Shown here: piece by piece, positions 18,263 through 28,026 of the stretch
How positions within the stretch are numbered: the first letter of the stretch is position 1
How the letters are laid out: each line of letters opens with the position of its first letter
NCBI RefSeq assembly: GCF_021378375.1
Contig: NZ_CP076228.1
Coordinates: 450,001 to 482,000, forward strand
Direction: 5' to 3'
Source of the DNA: Wolbachia endosymbiont of Drosophila innubila
Lineage (GTDB): Bacteria > Pseudomonadota > Alphaproteobacteria > Rickettsiales > Anaplasmataceae
DNA length: 32,000 nucleotides
Notes under the pieces: model-generated
The model's input: the letters and a program-made list of their open reading frames with translations, nothing else
Told to the model about the DNA's origin: nothing
Databases searched by the model: none
Made by a program: the position numbers and the translations under genes

Positions 18263-19126
18263 TTAAGCACGATAAAGAAAATCATTCATAATCGCTATAG
18301 CAACTAGTGTAGACACTTGACGTTCCTTGTGATTTGATAAATAGAGGTTTTTATCTGACTTCACAACAAGGGCTTCTGGATGACTTTGAAAGTGAACATT
18401 ACCATGCTTATCTTCAATAGCCTCTATTACCCCCTCACTGGAAAATGCTGCAACTTTATATCCAAGTGACTCCAATTTTCTTCTATTTTCTGGTGTATTA
18501 CTTACTGCTCCTGAATGAGCATCTGGAAAATATGTTGAAAACCAGCCATTTTCATTAGGTATTAGGAATTTGGCTACTACTTCTGCTAAACGACTATTTG
18601 GAACGATCTTTATCTGCTGGAGAGGTAGATCCTCTTTCTGTGGATTAGGTGCTGATTTTAAATGAGATCTTCGTTTCTCTTCATCACTCACAACACTCAC
18701 TACTTCAATTCCCTTTGCATTCATTATGCCTTCACATATGCCAAGTAAATGAATTGCAGGGTTATCATCCACTATTTTTACAATTGCTTCAGTAACAAGC
18801 TGGCGACAAGGAGTGGGTGCTGAGTGTAAATTATCCGGAATAAATATTCTATTTATTTTGTGCTCTTTAACAAACTTTGCAACTTCAACTTTTATTCGGT
18901 CTAATGTTAGCTTCTTTGCCAATGTTTCATCTTGTTTTGCAAAGATAAGCGACTTTTCTTGGATTTCTTTTAAGTTAATTATTTTATTGCAGTCAATGAG
19001 TACGGTTTTAACTCCAAAGTTATTAAACATCTCGTAGATATTTTGAGATAGCCCAAGCTCATGTGCTTCTTCCGTTTTCAACAAACCAACAACTATGTCA
19101 TTATTTACTGTATTTTCTGCCGTCAA
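18263..19126 (-). CDS. Hypothetical protein with class-I glutamine-amidotransferase / peptidase C26-like motifs; probable upstream signal peptide (possible true start 19267)
   Basis: 'LLGICEGIMNAKG' (nucleophile-elbow-like Cys) and 'VHFQSHPE' (His-Glu) are present. The reading frame stays open 47 codons upstream of the TTG at 19126 and encodes 'KLFNILLIIVLLLSNITYA|G'. GGGAGG (19274-19279) is followed after 6 nt by ATA at 19267. Confidence 0.4.
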   Translation of the reverse strand: MTAENTVNNDIVVGLLKTEEAHELGLSQNIYEMFNNFGVKTVLIDCNKIINLKEIQEKSLIFAKQDETLAKKLTLDRIKVEVAKFVKEHKINRIFIPDNLHSAPTPCRQLVTEAIVKIVDDNPAIHLLGICEGIMNAKGIEVVSVVSDEEKRRSHLKSAPNPQKEDLPLQQIKIVPNSRLAEVVAKFLIPNENGWFSTYFPDAHSGAVSNTPENRRKLESLGYKVAAFSSEGVIEAIEDKHGNVHFQSHPEALVVKSDKNLYLSNHKERQVSTLVAIAIMNDFLYRA

Positions 19127-19344
19127 GACAGTTGACGCTGGTTCTTCTTTTCTGGTTACATGTTGAGATGCCGGTTTTTCACTAACGCCAGCATAAGTAA
19201 TATTGCTTAATAATAGAACTATAATTAATAAGATATTAAATAGTTTATTATAATATTTATATACTATGACTTGCCTCCCTAATATTTATATTACGATATA
19301 GAGTATTTTATAACAAAAAGGCAAGTTTGCCAAGAAAGAGAAGG

Positions 19345-19417
19345 TGGCCTGAGCAGGAATCGAACCAGCGACACAAGGATTTTCAGTCCTTTGCTCTACC
19401 AACTGAGCTATCAGGCC
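19345..19417 (-). tRNA. tRNA-Phe (GAA)
   Basis: The reverse complement 'GGCCTGATAGCTCAGTTGGTAGAGCAAAGGACTGAAAATCCTTGTGTCGCTGGTTCGATTCCTGCTCAGGCCA' folds as a cloverleaf with anticodon loop CTGAAAA. There is one U:U mismatch in the T stem, and CCA is not encoded. Confidence 0.88.
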
Positions 19418-19496
19418 AACTGTATACTTTTATTTTTAGATAAAAAATGTTATCATGTCTATCAAAAGTTTTTAAAGTAGTTTATAAAAATAAAGG

Positions 19497-20003
19497 ATGA
19501 ACATTAATGACAAAATAGGAATCTACCCTGGCACATTTGACCCTATAACTTTTGGGCATCTTGACATAATCAAAAGAGCGTGTAAACTAGTCGATAAATT
19601 AATAATAGGAGTTGCAGAAAACGTTAATAAGCATACTGCCTTTGACACAAAGCTACGCACAAGCATGGCTGAAAATGAAATCAAAGGGCTAGGAATTGAT
19701 GCAGATGTTATATCTTTTAATGGGTTGCTAGTGAAGTTTGCCAAAGAGCAGAATGCTTCTGTTATTATTAGGGGATTAAGAGCAGTATCGGATTTTGATT
19801 ACGAGTTTCAAATGAGCTGGGTAAATTATAAACTTCTTCCTGAAATCGAAACCATATTTCTTCCTGCTTCTGAAGATACTCAATTTATCTCATCAAGCTT
19901 TGTAAAGGAAATAGCAAGATTAGGAGAAGATGTTAGCAAATTTGTATCAAAAGGTGTTCAAAACGAATTGATTAACCTGAATAGGATAAAAAATGGAGAA
20001 TAG
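19497..20003 (+). CDS. coaD: Phosphopantetheine adenylyltransferase
   Basis: 168-aa ORF with 'GIYPGTFDPITFGHLDII' (HxGH-type nucleotidyltransferase motif) and 'ISSSFVKEI'. Confidence 0.92.
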   Translation: MNINDKIGIYPGTFDPITFGHLDIIKRACKLVDKLIIGVAENVNKHTAFDTKLRTSMAENEIKGLGIDADVISFNGLLVKFAKEQNASVIIRGLRAVSDFDYEFQMSWVNYKLLPEIETIFLPASEDTQFISSSFVKEIARLGEDVSKFVSKGVQNELINLNRIKNGE

Positions 20004-20071
20004 TGCTTGTTGTTTTTTATTTCTGAATGGGTATATTCAATATATAAAATGTTATAAGCTAAAGGAGCAGC

Positions 20072-20263
20072 ATGTCAAAAGTGAGGGTTAATAATAGAAA
20101 AGTTTGTTGTCATGGTGATGAGAATGATGAGGGTTCCGGCCATCCATTAATATATTTAGATATGGGAGAAGAAGAGGAAATAGCCTGCCCTTATTGTGAA
20201 AAGACGTTTGTCCATGACTGCACTGTAGAAGCGGTTGGGGAGCTGACTAGGGATGAGCTCTAA
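20072..20263 (+). CDS. Zinc-finger (zf-CHCC, NDUFS6-like) small protein
   Basis: 63-aa ORF with 'CCHGDENDEGSGHPLIYLDMGEEEEIACPYCEKTF', the C-H...C-x2-C pattern typical of alphaproteobacterial NDUFS6-like zinc-finger proteins. Confidence 0.7.
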   Translation: MSKVRVNNRKVCCHGDENDEGSGHPLIYLDMGEEEEIACPYCEKTFVHDCTVEAVGELTRDEL

Positions 20264-20279
20264 TGGCACTTCTGCAGAC

Positions 20280-20906
20280 TTAGCTTATGTAAATAGCAAT
20301 AAGAGGGGCAGTAAAAATGAAACTGTCCATACGGTCGAGCACTCCCCCATGGCCAGGTATCATATTTCCACTATCTTTAACACCGTAAGCTCTTTTAACA
20401 AGCGACTCAGTGAAATCGCCAAGTTGCGCTAGAATAGCAATTGCAAGGCCAATGATTGGAGAATAAAAAATTGAAAATAGACCAAAAAATATTGATCCAA
20501 AAATTGTGCACACTACTCCAGCTAAAATCGCACCAAGAAGTCCTGCCCAAGTTTTTCCAGGGCTAATAATTGGGCAAATTTTAGCTCCACCAAAATTCTT
20601 GCCAAACAGGTAGGCAGTAACGTCAATTCCCCAAATGGTTAAGACGAACCATACTAATGCGTATTTTCCCTGTGGTAGATTATATAAATATATTAATGAG
20701 GCGCTTGGTAGTGCAATCAATAATAATGCAAAAACGTATAAAATTTTGTTTCCCTGGGTTAGATTATACCATTCAAAAGAAGATAAAACTGCTATCGAAA
20801 AAATCAATAGGTAAAACGATAAATCACTGAAATATGTAGCAAAGAAAAATATGAATAATATTACTATTGAGGACAACATTCTAATTATAAAATTATTATC
20901 TACCAT
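20280..20906 (-). CDS. cdsA: Phosphatidate cytidylyltransferase
   Basis: 208-aa membrane ORF with the CTP-transferase signature 'SLVKRAYGVKDSGNMIPGHGGVLDRMDS'. It overlaps the uppS stop by 11 nt. Confidence 0.9.
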   Translation of the reverse strand: MVDNNFIIRMLSSIVILFIFFFATYFSDLSFYLLIFSIAVLSSFEWYNLTQGNKILYVFALLLIALPSASLIYLYNLPQGKYALVWFVLTIWGIDVTAYLFGKNFGGAKICPIISPGKTWAGLLGAILAGVVCTIFGSIFFGLFSIFYSPIIGLAIAILAQLGDFTESLVKRAYGVKDSGNMIPGHGGVLDRMDSFIFTAPLIAIYIS

Positions 20907-21591
20907 ATTTTTTCTCTCTTTTTGTATAATCTTCTAATGCTTTACTCAAATCTTGACAAGAAAAATCAGGCCATAAAGTATCACAAAAATACAATTCAGC
21001 ATAAGCTGCTTGCCATAATAAAAAGTTGCTTAACCTTTTTTCGCCGCCAGTGCGAATTAATAAATCCAATTTTGGCAAATCTTTAGTATATAGAAATTTT
21101 TCAAATTCCTCTTCTGATACATAAGCAATATTTTCTTTTATAATATTGCTTATAGCTTGTGTAATTTCTTGCTTTGCTCCGTAACTGACTGCCACAGTGA
21201 GTAATAAACCATCGTTCTTATGTGTCATTTCTTCTGCTTTTTTAATTTGATCCAATATTTTACTGGGTAACAGACTTAAATTGCCAATAAAATTCAACTT
21301 AATGTTACAATTGTAAATGAAATTGACTTTATCTTCATTAGTTAAAACGGAGTAAAATAAATCAAATAGACAGTCAGTTTCGTTTTTAGGTCTAAGCCAA
21401 TTCTCCATAGAGAATGCATACAAAGTTAAGTAGGGTATAGTTAAGTCCGTACAATACTTGGCAATATCGTATGCAACTTCACTGCCCTTTTTATAACCAT
21501 CAATTTTTACCCTTCCTTGATTGTTCGCCCATCTACCATTACCATCCATAATAATTGCTAAATGTTTCGGTAAAGATTCTTGATTCAACAT
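20896..21591 (-). CDS. uppS: Isoprenyl transferase (undecaprenyl diphosphate synthase)
   Basis: 231-aa ORF with 'HLAIIMDGNGRWA', 'LYAFSMENWLRP' and 'LLIRTGGEKRLSNFLLWQAAYAELYF'. Confidence 0.93.
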   Translation of the reverse strand: MLNQESLPKHLAIIMDGNGRWANNQGRVKIDGYKKGSEVAYDIAKYCTDLTIPYLTLYAFSMENWLRPKNETDCLFDLFYSVLTNEDKVNFIYNCNIKLNFIGNLSLLPSKILDQIKKAEEMTHKNDGLLLTVAVSYGAKQEITQAISNIIKENIAYVSEEEFEKFLYTKDLPKLDLLIRTGGEKRLSNFLLWQAAYAELYFCDTLWPDFSCQDLSKALEDYTKREKKYGR

Positions 21592-21640
21592 TTAAATTTA
21601 ACCTAATTTTGACTTGAGTGAAATTTTTTGGATTTCAATG

Positions 21641-21836
21641 GACACCTGGAAGGTGTCAGCTACTTGCATGACAGGAAGAGAGTTACTGTAGTGACACCAA
21701 TAGTTGATACTTGAATGCAAAATTGGTGTCATCCCAGTGCTCCGACACTGGGATCCAGGAAATTTGATTTCAAACAAGTGCATCAGATAGTTGTATAGTA
21801 AAGACTGGATTCCAGTGTCAAACACTGGAATGACAT
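21641..21836. repeat. Array of four hairpin-forming palindromic repeat units filling the frr-uppS spacer
   Basis: The hairpins are 'gacacctggaaggtgtc', 'gacaccaat...attggtgtc', 'cccagtgctccgacactggg' and 'tccagtgtcaaacactgga' + 'atgacatc'. They belong to the same family as 3750-3807 and 6603-6720. Confidence 0.7.
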
Positions 21837-21866
21837 CATTTGCTATGTAAGCTTTCTCCATATCAT

Positions 21867-22424
21867 TTAGTGATTCAGTATATCCTTTTCTTTGATGGAC
21901 AATTCACCATCAATCTTTTTTATATTATCATCAGTAATATTTTGTATTTCCTTCTTAGCACCATGAAAATCATCTTCTGAGATTTCTTTATTTTCCTTCA
22001 TTTTTTCTGTTTCTTCCATAATATCTCTACGTATATTTCTAATGGCAATCCGTGCATTTTCAGCAAACTGATGCAATAATTTCACTAATTTTTCACGGGT
22101 TTCTTGTGTCAAGTCCGGAAGAGCTATACGTATGGTGCTACCCTCGACAACAGGATTTAAATTCAGGTTAGCATTTAATATAGCGTTTTTCACTTCACCT
22201 ACAACACTAATGTCCCAAACTTTAATTGATAGGGTTTTGTTATCTATAACCGAAACGCCTGCAACTTGATTTAACTTTTGATGCCCACCATAGATGTTTA
22301 CAACTATACCATCAAGCAAAGATGCACTAGCTCTACCAGTGCGTACGCCTTTAATATCATCATGAAAGGACTGAATAGTTTTTAGCATTCTTTCTTTTGT
22401 TTTAGCTTTTATTTCATTTAACAT
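21867..22424 (-). CDS. frr: Ribosome recycling factor
   Basis: 185-aa ORF with 'RTGRASASLLDGIVVNIYG' and 'IRIALPDLTQETREKLVK...IAIRNIRRD'. Confidence 0.95.
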   Translation of the reverse strand: MLNEIKAKTKERMLKTIQSFHDDIKGVRTGRASASLLDGIVVNIYGGHQKLNQVAGVSVIDNKTLSIKVWDISVVGEVKNAILNANLNLNPVVEGSTIRIALPDLTQETREKLVKLLHQFAENARIAIRNIRRDIMEETEKMKENKEISEDDFHGAKKEIQNITDDNIKKIDGELSIKEKDILNH

Positions 22425-22431
22425 AAATTAC

Positions 22432-23175
22432 CTACTGTTTACAATCTGAAACTATAGTATAAGTACCTTGACCCTTAATAATATTGACTATTTTTTCTCC
22501 CTTCAAAGAAAAAACTATAATTGGAATAGAATTCTCACGAGCAAGTGAAATTGCTGATGCATCCATAACTTTTAAATCACGAGTCAATAAATCCGTGTAA
22601 GAAAGCCTATCATACATTACAGCATCCTCATTTTTTTTCGGATCAGCGGAGTATACACCATTTACTTGCGTACCCTTTAGAATAACATCACAATTCATTT
22701 CAACAGCACGTAAGGCTGCAGCTGTATCTGTAGTAAAAAATGGGTTGCCTGTGCCTGCTGCAAAAATTACCACTCTACCTTTTTCTAAATGACGAATAGC
22801 TTTCCTTCTGATGTAAGGTTCGCATACAGTGGCCATGGGTATTGCAGATAATACCCTAGAAGCTACTAAATTTTTTTCTAAAAAGTTTTGTAAAATTAAA
22901 GCATTGATTATAGTTGCAAGCATTCCAATATAATCACTGCTTGCTCTTTCACAACCACTTAAAGACGCAGATGTGCCACGAAAGATATTACCACCACCAA
23001 CAACAATACATACCTGAACTCCAAGATTACAAACTTCAACTATGCCTTTAGATAACTCACCTATAGTCTCCATATCGTGACCAAATTGCTTTGATCCCAT
23101 CAAAGCCTCACCAGAGATTTTAAATAACACCCTGGAATATTTTATTTCGCTTTTTTCATTTGTTGAAATAAACAT
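22432..23175 (-). CDS. pyrH: UMP kinase
   Basis: 247-aa ORF with '[10 protein letters not shown]', '[10 protein letters not shown]', '[15 protein letters not shown]' and 'GVYSADPKK'. Confidence 0.95.
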   Translation of the reverse strand: MFISTNEKSEIKYSRVLFKISGEALMGSKQFGHDMETIGELSKGIVEVCNLGVQVCIVVGGGNIFRGTSASLSGCERASSDYIGMLATIINALILQNFLEKNLVASRVLSAIPMATVCEPYIRRKAIRHLEKGRVVIFAAGTGNPFFTTDTAAALRAVEMNCDVILKGTQVNGVYSADPKKNEDAVMYDRLSYTDLLTRDLKVMDASAISLARENSIPIIVFSLKGEKIVNIIKGQGTYTIVSDCKQ

Positions 23176-23185
23176 TTTTTGCTAT

Positions 23186-24046
23186 TTAATCTGCATCACC
23201 CAAAACAAGTAACTTGTAATTAGAGAGTTTAACAGCACTCAACTCGCTTGATTTTATAAAATCAGAAATCTTCATCTTATCATCCTTTATAAATTTTTGC
23301 TCCAGTAAAACAACTTCTTCATAGTACTTAGCCATTCGTCCATCTACTATTTTTTTTGCTACTTCTTCAGGTTTATTTAAGCTCCTCACTTGCTCTTCAA
23401 TTATAGAACGTTCGTTGTTCAACTTCATTTGATCTAAATCATCTATAGACAAAGCTTCAGGCTTCATAGCAACTACATGCATAGCTATTTGTTTCCCAAT
23501 CTCTTGTAGCTTCGCCTTATCACCAGATGATTGCAATGCAATTAAAGCACCAATCTTACCTAAGCCACACACATCACCATGTACGTAGCCAGCAATAACT
23601 CCATCCTTAGCTTCTAAGTAACAAAGCTTGCTTAACTCTAGCTTCTCACCAAGAACTGACGTACCATTCATAATAGCTTCCTGCACTGTGCCAATGCTTT
23701 CATACTTGGCATTTTTTAACTCATCAACGCTAGTACAGCGTTCTTGATGAGCAATGGATGCTAAATTTAAAACTAACTCTATAAATTTCTCATTCCTTGC
23801 GACAAAATCGGTTTCGCAATTGAGTTCAATCAATACACCACAATTTTCAGTCAAACACATAGCAACGAGCCCATCTGAAGCTACTCTATCAGATTTTTTG
23901 TCAGCTTTAGCAAGACCTATTGTACGTAACTTATCAACGGCTTTCTTAATGTCACCATCACATTCTTCTAATGCTTTTTTACAGTCACTTAAGCCAAGCC
24001 CTGTTCTATCACGTAATTCTCTTATATCATCTGGATTCATCTTCAT
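23186..24046 (-). CDS. tsf: Elongation factor Ts
   Basis: 286-aa ORF with '[34 protein letters not shown]' and '[15 protein letters not shown]'. Its start region overlaps the rpsB 3' end (24027-24046). Confidence 0.94.
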   Translation of the reverse strand: MKMNPDDIRELRDRTGLGLSDCKKALEECDGDIKKAVDKLRTIGLAKADKKSDRVASDGLVAMCLTENCGVLIELNCETDFVARNEKFIELVLNLASIAHQERCTSVDELKNAKYESIGTVQEAIMNGTSVLGEKLELSKLCYLEAKDGVIAGYVHGDVCGLGKIGALIALQSSGDKAKLQEIGKQIAMHVVAMKPEALSIDDLDQMKLNNERSIIEEQVRSLNKPEEVAKKIVDGRMAKYYEEVVLLEQKFIKDDKMKISDFIKSSELSAVKLSNYKLLVLGDAD

Positions 24047-24875
24047 TTGTTACTACCTCCCTTTCTTCTTCTTTGTAAACTTTACTACGTCTCCTTTTAG
24101 TTTGCACAATACCATCTTCTTTTTCTTGAATAAACTCATCACCCCTTATATCATCAATCTTAACTCCAGATTTTGCTAGACTAGACTCTATTCCAGCTAA
24201 TATAGAGTCGGTAGCTAATTTACAATAGAGCTCTATTGATTTTCTTGAGTCATCATTTCCAGGTATTAGATAAGTAATACCATCTGGATCAGAATTAGTA
24301 TCAAGTATTGCAACTATTGGAATTCCTAACTTCTTAGCCTCCTTAACCGCTATATGCTCTTTATTAGTATCAATGATGAATAAGATATCAGGAATTGCTC
24401 CCATTTCTCTAATACCGCCAAGCGCCTTATCAAGCTTTTGCTTTTTCTTTTCAATGTTTCCCAATTCTTTCTTTGTTAAAATGCTATCCTCGTCATTTAA
24501 TATTTTCTCATATTGCATCAAGGTTTTTATCGAAGAAGAAACAGTGCCCCAATTAGTAAGCATACCACCAAGCCAACGATGATTCACATAATATTGACCA
24601 CAACGAATCGCTTCACTTGCAATAATATCACAAGCTTGAAACTTTGTACCAACAAATAGAATGCGACCACCTTGAAATGCAACGTCATATAAAGCCTTCA
24701 TGGCCACCTGTAGCAATGGTAGTGTTTTTCGCAAATCAATTATATGTATACGATTTTCTCGATGCACTCCATATATGTATGGAGCCATTTTTGCGTTCCA
24801 GCGACTAATTTTGTGACCAAAATGTACACCAGATTCAGCTAAATCACGCACAGTGACTTTAGGCAAATTTGTCAT
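24027..24875 (-). CDS. rpsB: 30S ribosomal protein S2
   Basis: 282-aa ORF with '[25 protein letters not shown]', 'ILFVGTK' and '[12 protein letters not shown]'. It has a charged C-terminal extension. Confidence 0.95.
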   Translation of the reverse strand: MTNLPKVTVRDLAESGVHFGHKISRWNAKMAPYIYGVHRENRIHIIDLRKTLPLLQVAMKALYDVAFQGGRILFVGTKFQACDIIASEAIRCGQYYVNHRWLGGMLTNWGTVSSSIKTLMQYEKILNDEDSILTKKELGNIEKKKQKLDKALGGIREMGAIPDILFIIDTNKEHIAVKEAKKLGIPIVAILDTNSDPDGITYLIPGNDDSRKSIELYCKLATDSILAGIESSLAKSGVKIDDIRGDEFIQEKEDGIVQTKRRRSKVYKEEEREVVTNEDESR

Positions 24876-25066
24876 ATATCATTCCTCCAAATAGTTTATC
24901 TTCCATGGCATAACCCTAATGGGACTACTTGTACAAGCCATGTGTGAAATTAAATTATTTACATAGTAATAGAAAAGACAGCAAAGCGCAAACAAAAAAT
25001 ATTGACAAAGGGCAACATGTTTATTAGCTTTAAAGTTGAAGCCCGAAAATGCTAAAAAGAAATTAG

Positions 25067-25143
25067 GGGGGTGTAGCTCAGTTGGTTAGAGCGCATGCCT
25101 GTCACGCATGAGGTCGTGAGTTCAAGTCTCATCACTCCCGCCA
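25067..25143 (+). tRNA. tRNA-Asp (GTC)
   Basis: 'GGGGGTGTAGCTCAGTTGGTTAGAGCGCATGCCTGTCACGCATGAGGTCGTGAGTTCAAGTCTCATCACTCCCGCCA' has a 7-bp acceptor stem (one G:U) and anticodon loop CTGTCAC. CCA is encoded. Confidence 0.92.
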
Positions 25144-25280
25144 TATTAGTTTTAGCATAACTTGGAATTCGCAGTATTATTGCCGGTATTGAGAAACGCC
25201 TTCACCAAACTTGACATGGCATGGTATTGTAATTAATACTTAAATAGGTTTGTTTTTATCATTAACAATTAGGATTAAAT

Positions 25281-25652
25281 ATGCTCATTTCTGAAGTTTT
25301 TGCAGCAGATGCAACTAGCAATACATCAAGTATCGGCGCATCTTTTGCTAGTTTTATTCCACTGATTTTAATATTTGTGGCATTTTATTTTCTCATTATT
25401 CGCCCGCAACAAAAAAAACTAAAAGAACATAGAAAGATGATAGATCAAATAAAACGTGGTGATACAGTCATTACTTCTGGTGGAATAATAGGTGAAGTTA
25501 ATAAAGTTGATGAGGCAAATGCACAATTTATAATAGAAATAGCACCAAAAGTTGAGATAAAAGTTCTAAAGTCCGCTATATCTGAGGTTTTAAGCAAAGA
25601 AACTCAAAAAGTAGCAGCTAAACCAATTAAAAAGGTAAAATCGAAAGAATGA
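25281..25652 (+). CDS. yajC: Preprotein translocase subunit YajC
   Basis: 123-aa ORF with one TM helix followed by 'IRPQQKKLKEHRKMIDQIKRGDTVITSGGIIGEV'. Confidence 0.9.
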   Translation: MLISEVFAADATSNTSSIGASFASFIPLILIFVAFYFLIIRPQQKKLKEHRKMIDQIKRGDTVITSGGIIGEVNKVDEANAQFIIEIAPKVEIKVLKSAISEVLSKETQKVAAKPIKKVKSKE

Positions 25653-25732
25653 TAAAAAGAATATAAATCAACCAGTAATAAAGGCAAAAATGCTTAACAT
25701 GTTTAGAAAAAAGTTTGTTTGGTGATCCATTT

Positions 25733-27553
25733 GTGTGCGGAATATTTGGTGTAGTAAGTAGCGGTGATTCAGTAATACCAACCTTACTAACTGGGTTACA
25801 AAAATTGGAATATAGGGGATATGATTCCTCAGGTATAGCAATCATAAATAACGAAGGTAAGATAGAAGTCAAAAAATCAGAAGGTAAAGTCGAAAGGTTA
25901 TGTGAAGTTGTTGATGACAGCAAGATGTCTCACAGTACAGTTGGTATAGCACATACTCGCTGGGCTACACATGGAGTCCCAGGCCTTAAAAATGCTCACC
26001 CCATTCGTACAAATAATGTTGTTGTTGCTCATAACGGCATAATTGAGAATTACAATCTGCTAAAAAAGGGTCTAGAAGAAAGGGGCATGTCATTCCATAC
26101 TGACACTGACACAGAGATCATACCAAACATGCTAACCTTATATCTTGATGAAGGATTGTCGCCAATTGATTCTCTATCTAAGTGTTTAAACAACTTACAT
26201 GGCTCATTTGCCTTGGTCTTATTATTTGCAGAATATCCAGACGCCTTATTTGTTGCGAAGAGAAATTTGCCTTTAGCAATAGGCTATAACTGTAACACAG
26301 TGTTTGCTGCATCTGACTCTAATGCTTTAAGTGCATTTGTGGAAAGAATATCGCATTTGGAAGATGATGACATTGCAGTGATAAAATCTAGTGGAGTTAG
26401 TATATACAACAATGGTACACAAGTTAAACGCAGTATAGAAAATAGTAGTCCAAGTGATTTTCTAATTAGCAAAAATGGTTACCCTAGCTTCATGTTAAAA
26501 GAGATTTTTGAGCAACCGCGTGCATTAAACAAAACAATAAATCAATTTTACAAGCAATATAAAGAGGTAATATTTGCTAACAAAAAATTGTTTTCTGAGC
26601 TGAGTTACATTACTATAGTTGGATGCGGGTCATCTTATTTTGCTGGGCTAATAGCAAAGTATTGGCTGGAAAATGTCGCTCAAGTTCGAGTATATCTAGA
26701 AATCTCATCAGAATTTAGGTATAGCAACGTCAAGCTGGAAGAAGGCAGCATTGGGTTATTTATCTCTCAATCTGGTGAAACTGCAGATACCATAGAAGCG
26801 CTGCGTTATGCAAAATCACAGAAGCAAACAATCATTAGTATAACTAATACATTTAGCAGCAGCATTGAAAAGATCTCAGATATTGTGTTACATACTCTTG
26901 CTGGGCCAGAAATTGGTGTTGCTTCAACAAAAACCTTTTCTGCGCAACTTGCAACTTTAGCATGCTTTGCCGTGGAGCTTGGAAAAATAAAAGGTGTACT
27001 GGGTGGAGAGAGAATAAAACAGCTAAGCAACGCTATTAACTCTATTCCCGAGTATGTTGAGCACGTTTTGAATGTGATGAAAATACAACATATATCGGAC
27101 AGTATATTAGAACACAATAACGTTATTTTAATCGGCAGAGGAAGTTCATACGGAGTTGCAATGGAAGGCGCATTGAAAATAAAAGAGCTTTCATATATCA
27201 ATACAACTGGTATTGCAGCGGGAGAAATGAAGCATGGTTCTATTGCTTTAATAGACTCTACTGTGCTTGTTATAGCAATTATCCCTTATGATGATTTATT
27301 CTTTAAAACGCTATCTAATATACAAGAGATTATTGCAAGAAAAGGCAAAGTAATTGCCTTCAGTGATAAACAAGGAGCGCCATTCCTAAGGGGAGTTTGC
27401 GCAGATGTGGTGCAACTTCCAGACACTGATAATTTTATCTCTCCAATCATCTACAGTGTTGCTATGCAATTCCTTGCTTACTTTACTGCAGCAAAAAAAG
27501 GGTTAGATGCAGATTGTCCAAGAAATTTAGCTAAGTCTGTCACGGTTGAGTAG
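25733..27553 (+). CDS. glmS: Glutamine--fructose-6-phosphate aminotransferase (isomerizing)
   Basis: The ORF track begins at 25715. The catalytic N-terminal Cys must follow the initiator, so GTG 25733 ('GTG TGC GGA ATA TTT GGT' = M-CGIFG) is the likely start. The protein has two SIS domains and the C-terminal 'NLAKSVTVE'. Confidence 0.93.
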   Translation: MCGIFGVVSSGDSVIPTLLTGLQKLEYRGYDSSGIAIINNEGKIEVKKSEGKVERLCEVVDDSKMSHSTVGIAHTRWATHGVPGLKNAHPIRTNNVVVAHNGIIENYNLLKKGLEERGMSFHTDTDTEIIPNMLTLYLDEGLSPIDSLSKCLNNLHGSFALVLLFAEYPDALFVAKRNLPLAIGYNCNTVFAASDSNALSAFVERISHLEDDDIAVIKSSGVSIYNNGTQVKRSIENSSPSDFLISKNGYPSFMLKEIFEQPRALNKTINQFYKQYKEVIFANKKLFSELSYITIVGCGSSYFAGLIAKYWLENVAQVRVYLEISSEFRYSNVKLEEGSIGLFISQSGETADTIEALRYAKSQKQTIISITNTFSSSIEKISDIVLHTLAGPEIGVASTKTFSAQLATLACFAVELGKIKGVLGGERIKQLSNAINSIPEYVEHVLNVMKIQHISDSILEHNNVILIGRGSSYGVAMEGALKIKELSYINTTGIAAGEMKHGSIALIDSTVLVIAIIPYDDLFFKTLSNIQEIIARKGKVIAFSDKQGAPFLRGVCADVVQLPDTDNFISPIIYSVAMQFLAYFTAAKKGLDADCPRNLAKSVTVE

Positions 27554-27629
27554 TCCATTTAAAGTTAAAGCTAAACTTCTAATTAAGGTGACCAGACTGC
27601 ATTCTGTGATTTTTAGCAAAACACGATAC

Positions 27630-27708
27630 ACAATCGTCATTCCGCTACTTGTTAGCGGAATCTATGCCGAGATACCGCGGCGGTATGACGGTTCGCGGCG
27701 GCATAGCT
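27630..27708. repeat. Palindromic repeat element (second family), inverted relative to 11390-11482
   Basis: 'acaatcgtcattccgctacttgttagcggaatctatgccgagataccgcggcggtatgac' contains the hairpins 'ttccgctacttgttagcggaa' and 'taccgcggcggta'. Confidence 0.65.
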
Positions 27709-27724
27709 ATCTTCAAAAATATGG

Positions 27725-27753
27725 TTGAATAGTTGTTAATAATAGTGTATAAT
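27725..27753 (+). promoter_or_regulatory. Sigma-70-like promoter of Rpn-like gene copy 2
   Basis: TTGAAT (27725-27730), 17 nt, then TATAAT (27748-27753), 27 nt upstream of ATG 27781. This parallels copy 1. Confidence 0.5.
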
Positions 27754-27780
27754 TATTAATCTTTTCTCAGTATTTTTACT

Positions 27781-28026
27781 ATGGCTCTTTCTAAATTTCT
27801 CGATCCAAAGTTAGATTTAACATTTAAGAAAATCTTTGGCACTGAAAAAAATAAGAATATTCTTATCCATTTTTTAAACGATATTTTAGGATGTACTGAA
27901 GTCAACACTATACAAGAAGTAGAATTCTTAAGCACCATTATGGACCCTGAAATTGCTTCTGATAAACAAAGCATTGTTGATGTTCTTTGCAGAGATTCTA
28001 GTGGGAACAGGTATATAATTGAGATG
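27781..28026 (+). pseudogene. Rpn/YhgA-like gene copy 2, 5' exon (82 codons)
   Basis: 'MALSKFLDPKLDLTFKKIFGTEKNKNILIHFLNDILG...DVLCRDSSGNRYIIEM' is collinear with copy 1 up to ...YICEM. The ORF-track continuation 'VRPESLRS' is intron sequence. Confidence 0.8.

Noticed and set aside
12786-19344. Prophage (WO-like), cif-type or toxin-antitoxin modules in the accessory patches
   Set aside because: None of the ORFs shows capsid, tail, terminase, integrase or CifA/B-like features. Only IS, Rpn-like, ankyrin and amidotransferase-like genes are present.
21598-21861. 87-aa ORF between frr and uppS
   Set aside because: The sequence is composed of palindromic repeat hairpins. The 'protein' is simply their read-through, and there is no ribosome-binding context.
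24027-24046. 20-nt overlap of the rpsB 3' end with the tsf start, considered as a possible mis-annotation or frameshift
   Set aside because: Both ORFs are full length with good N- and C-terminal homology. The overlap is explained by a charged C-terminal extension of S2. tsf could alternatively start at ATG 24040.
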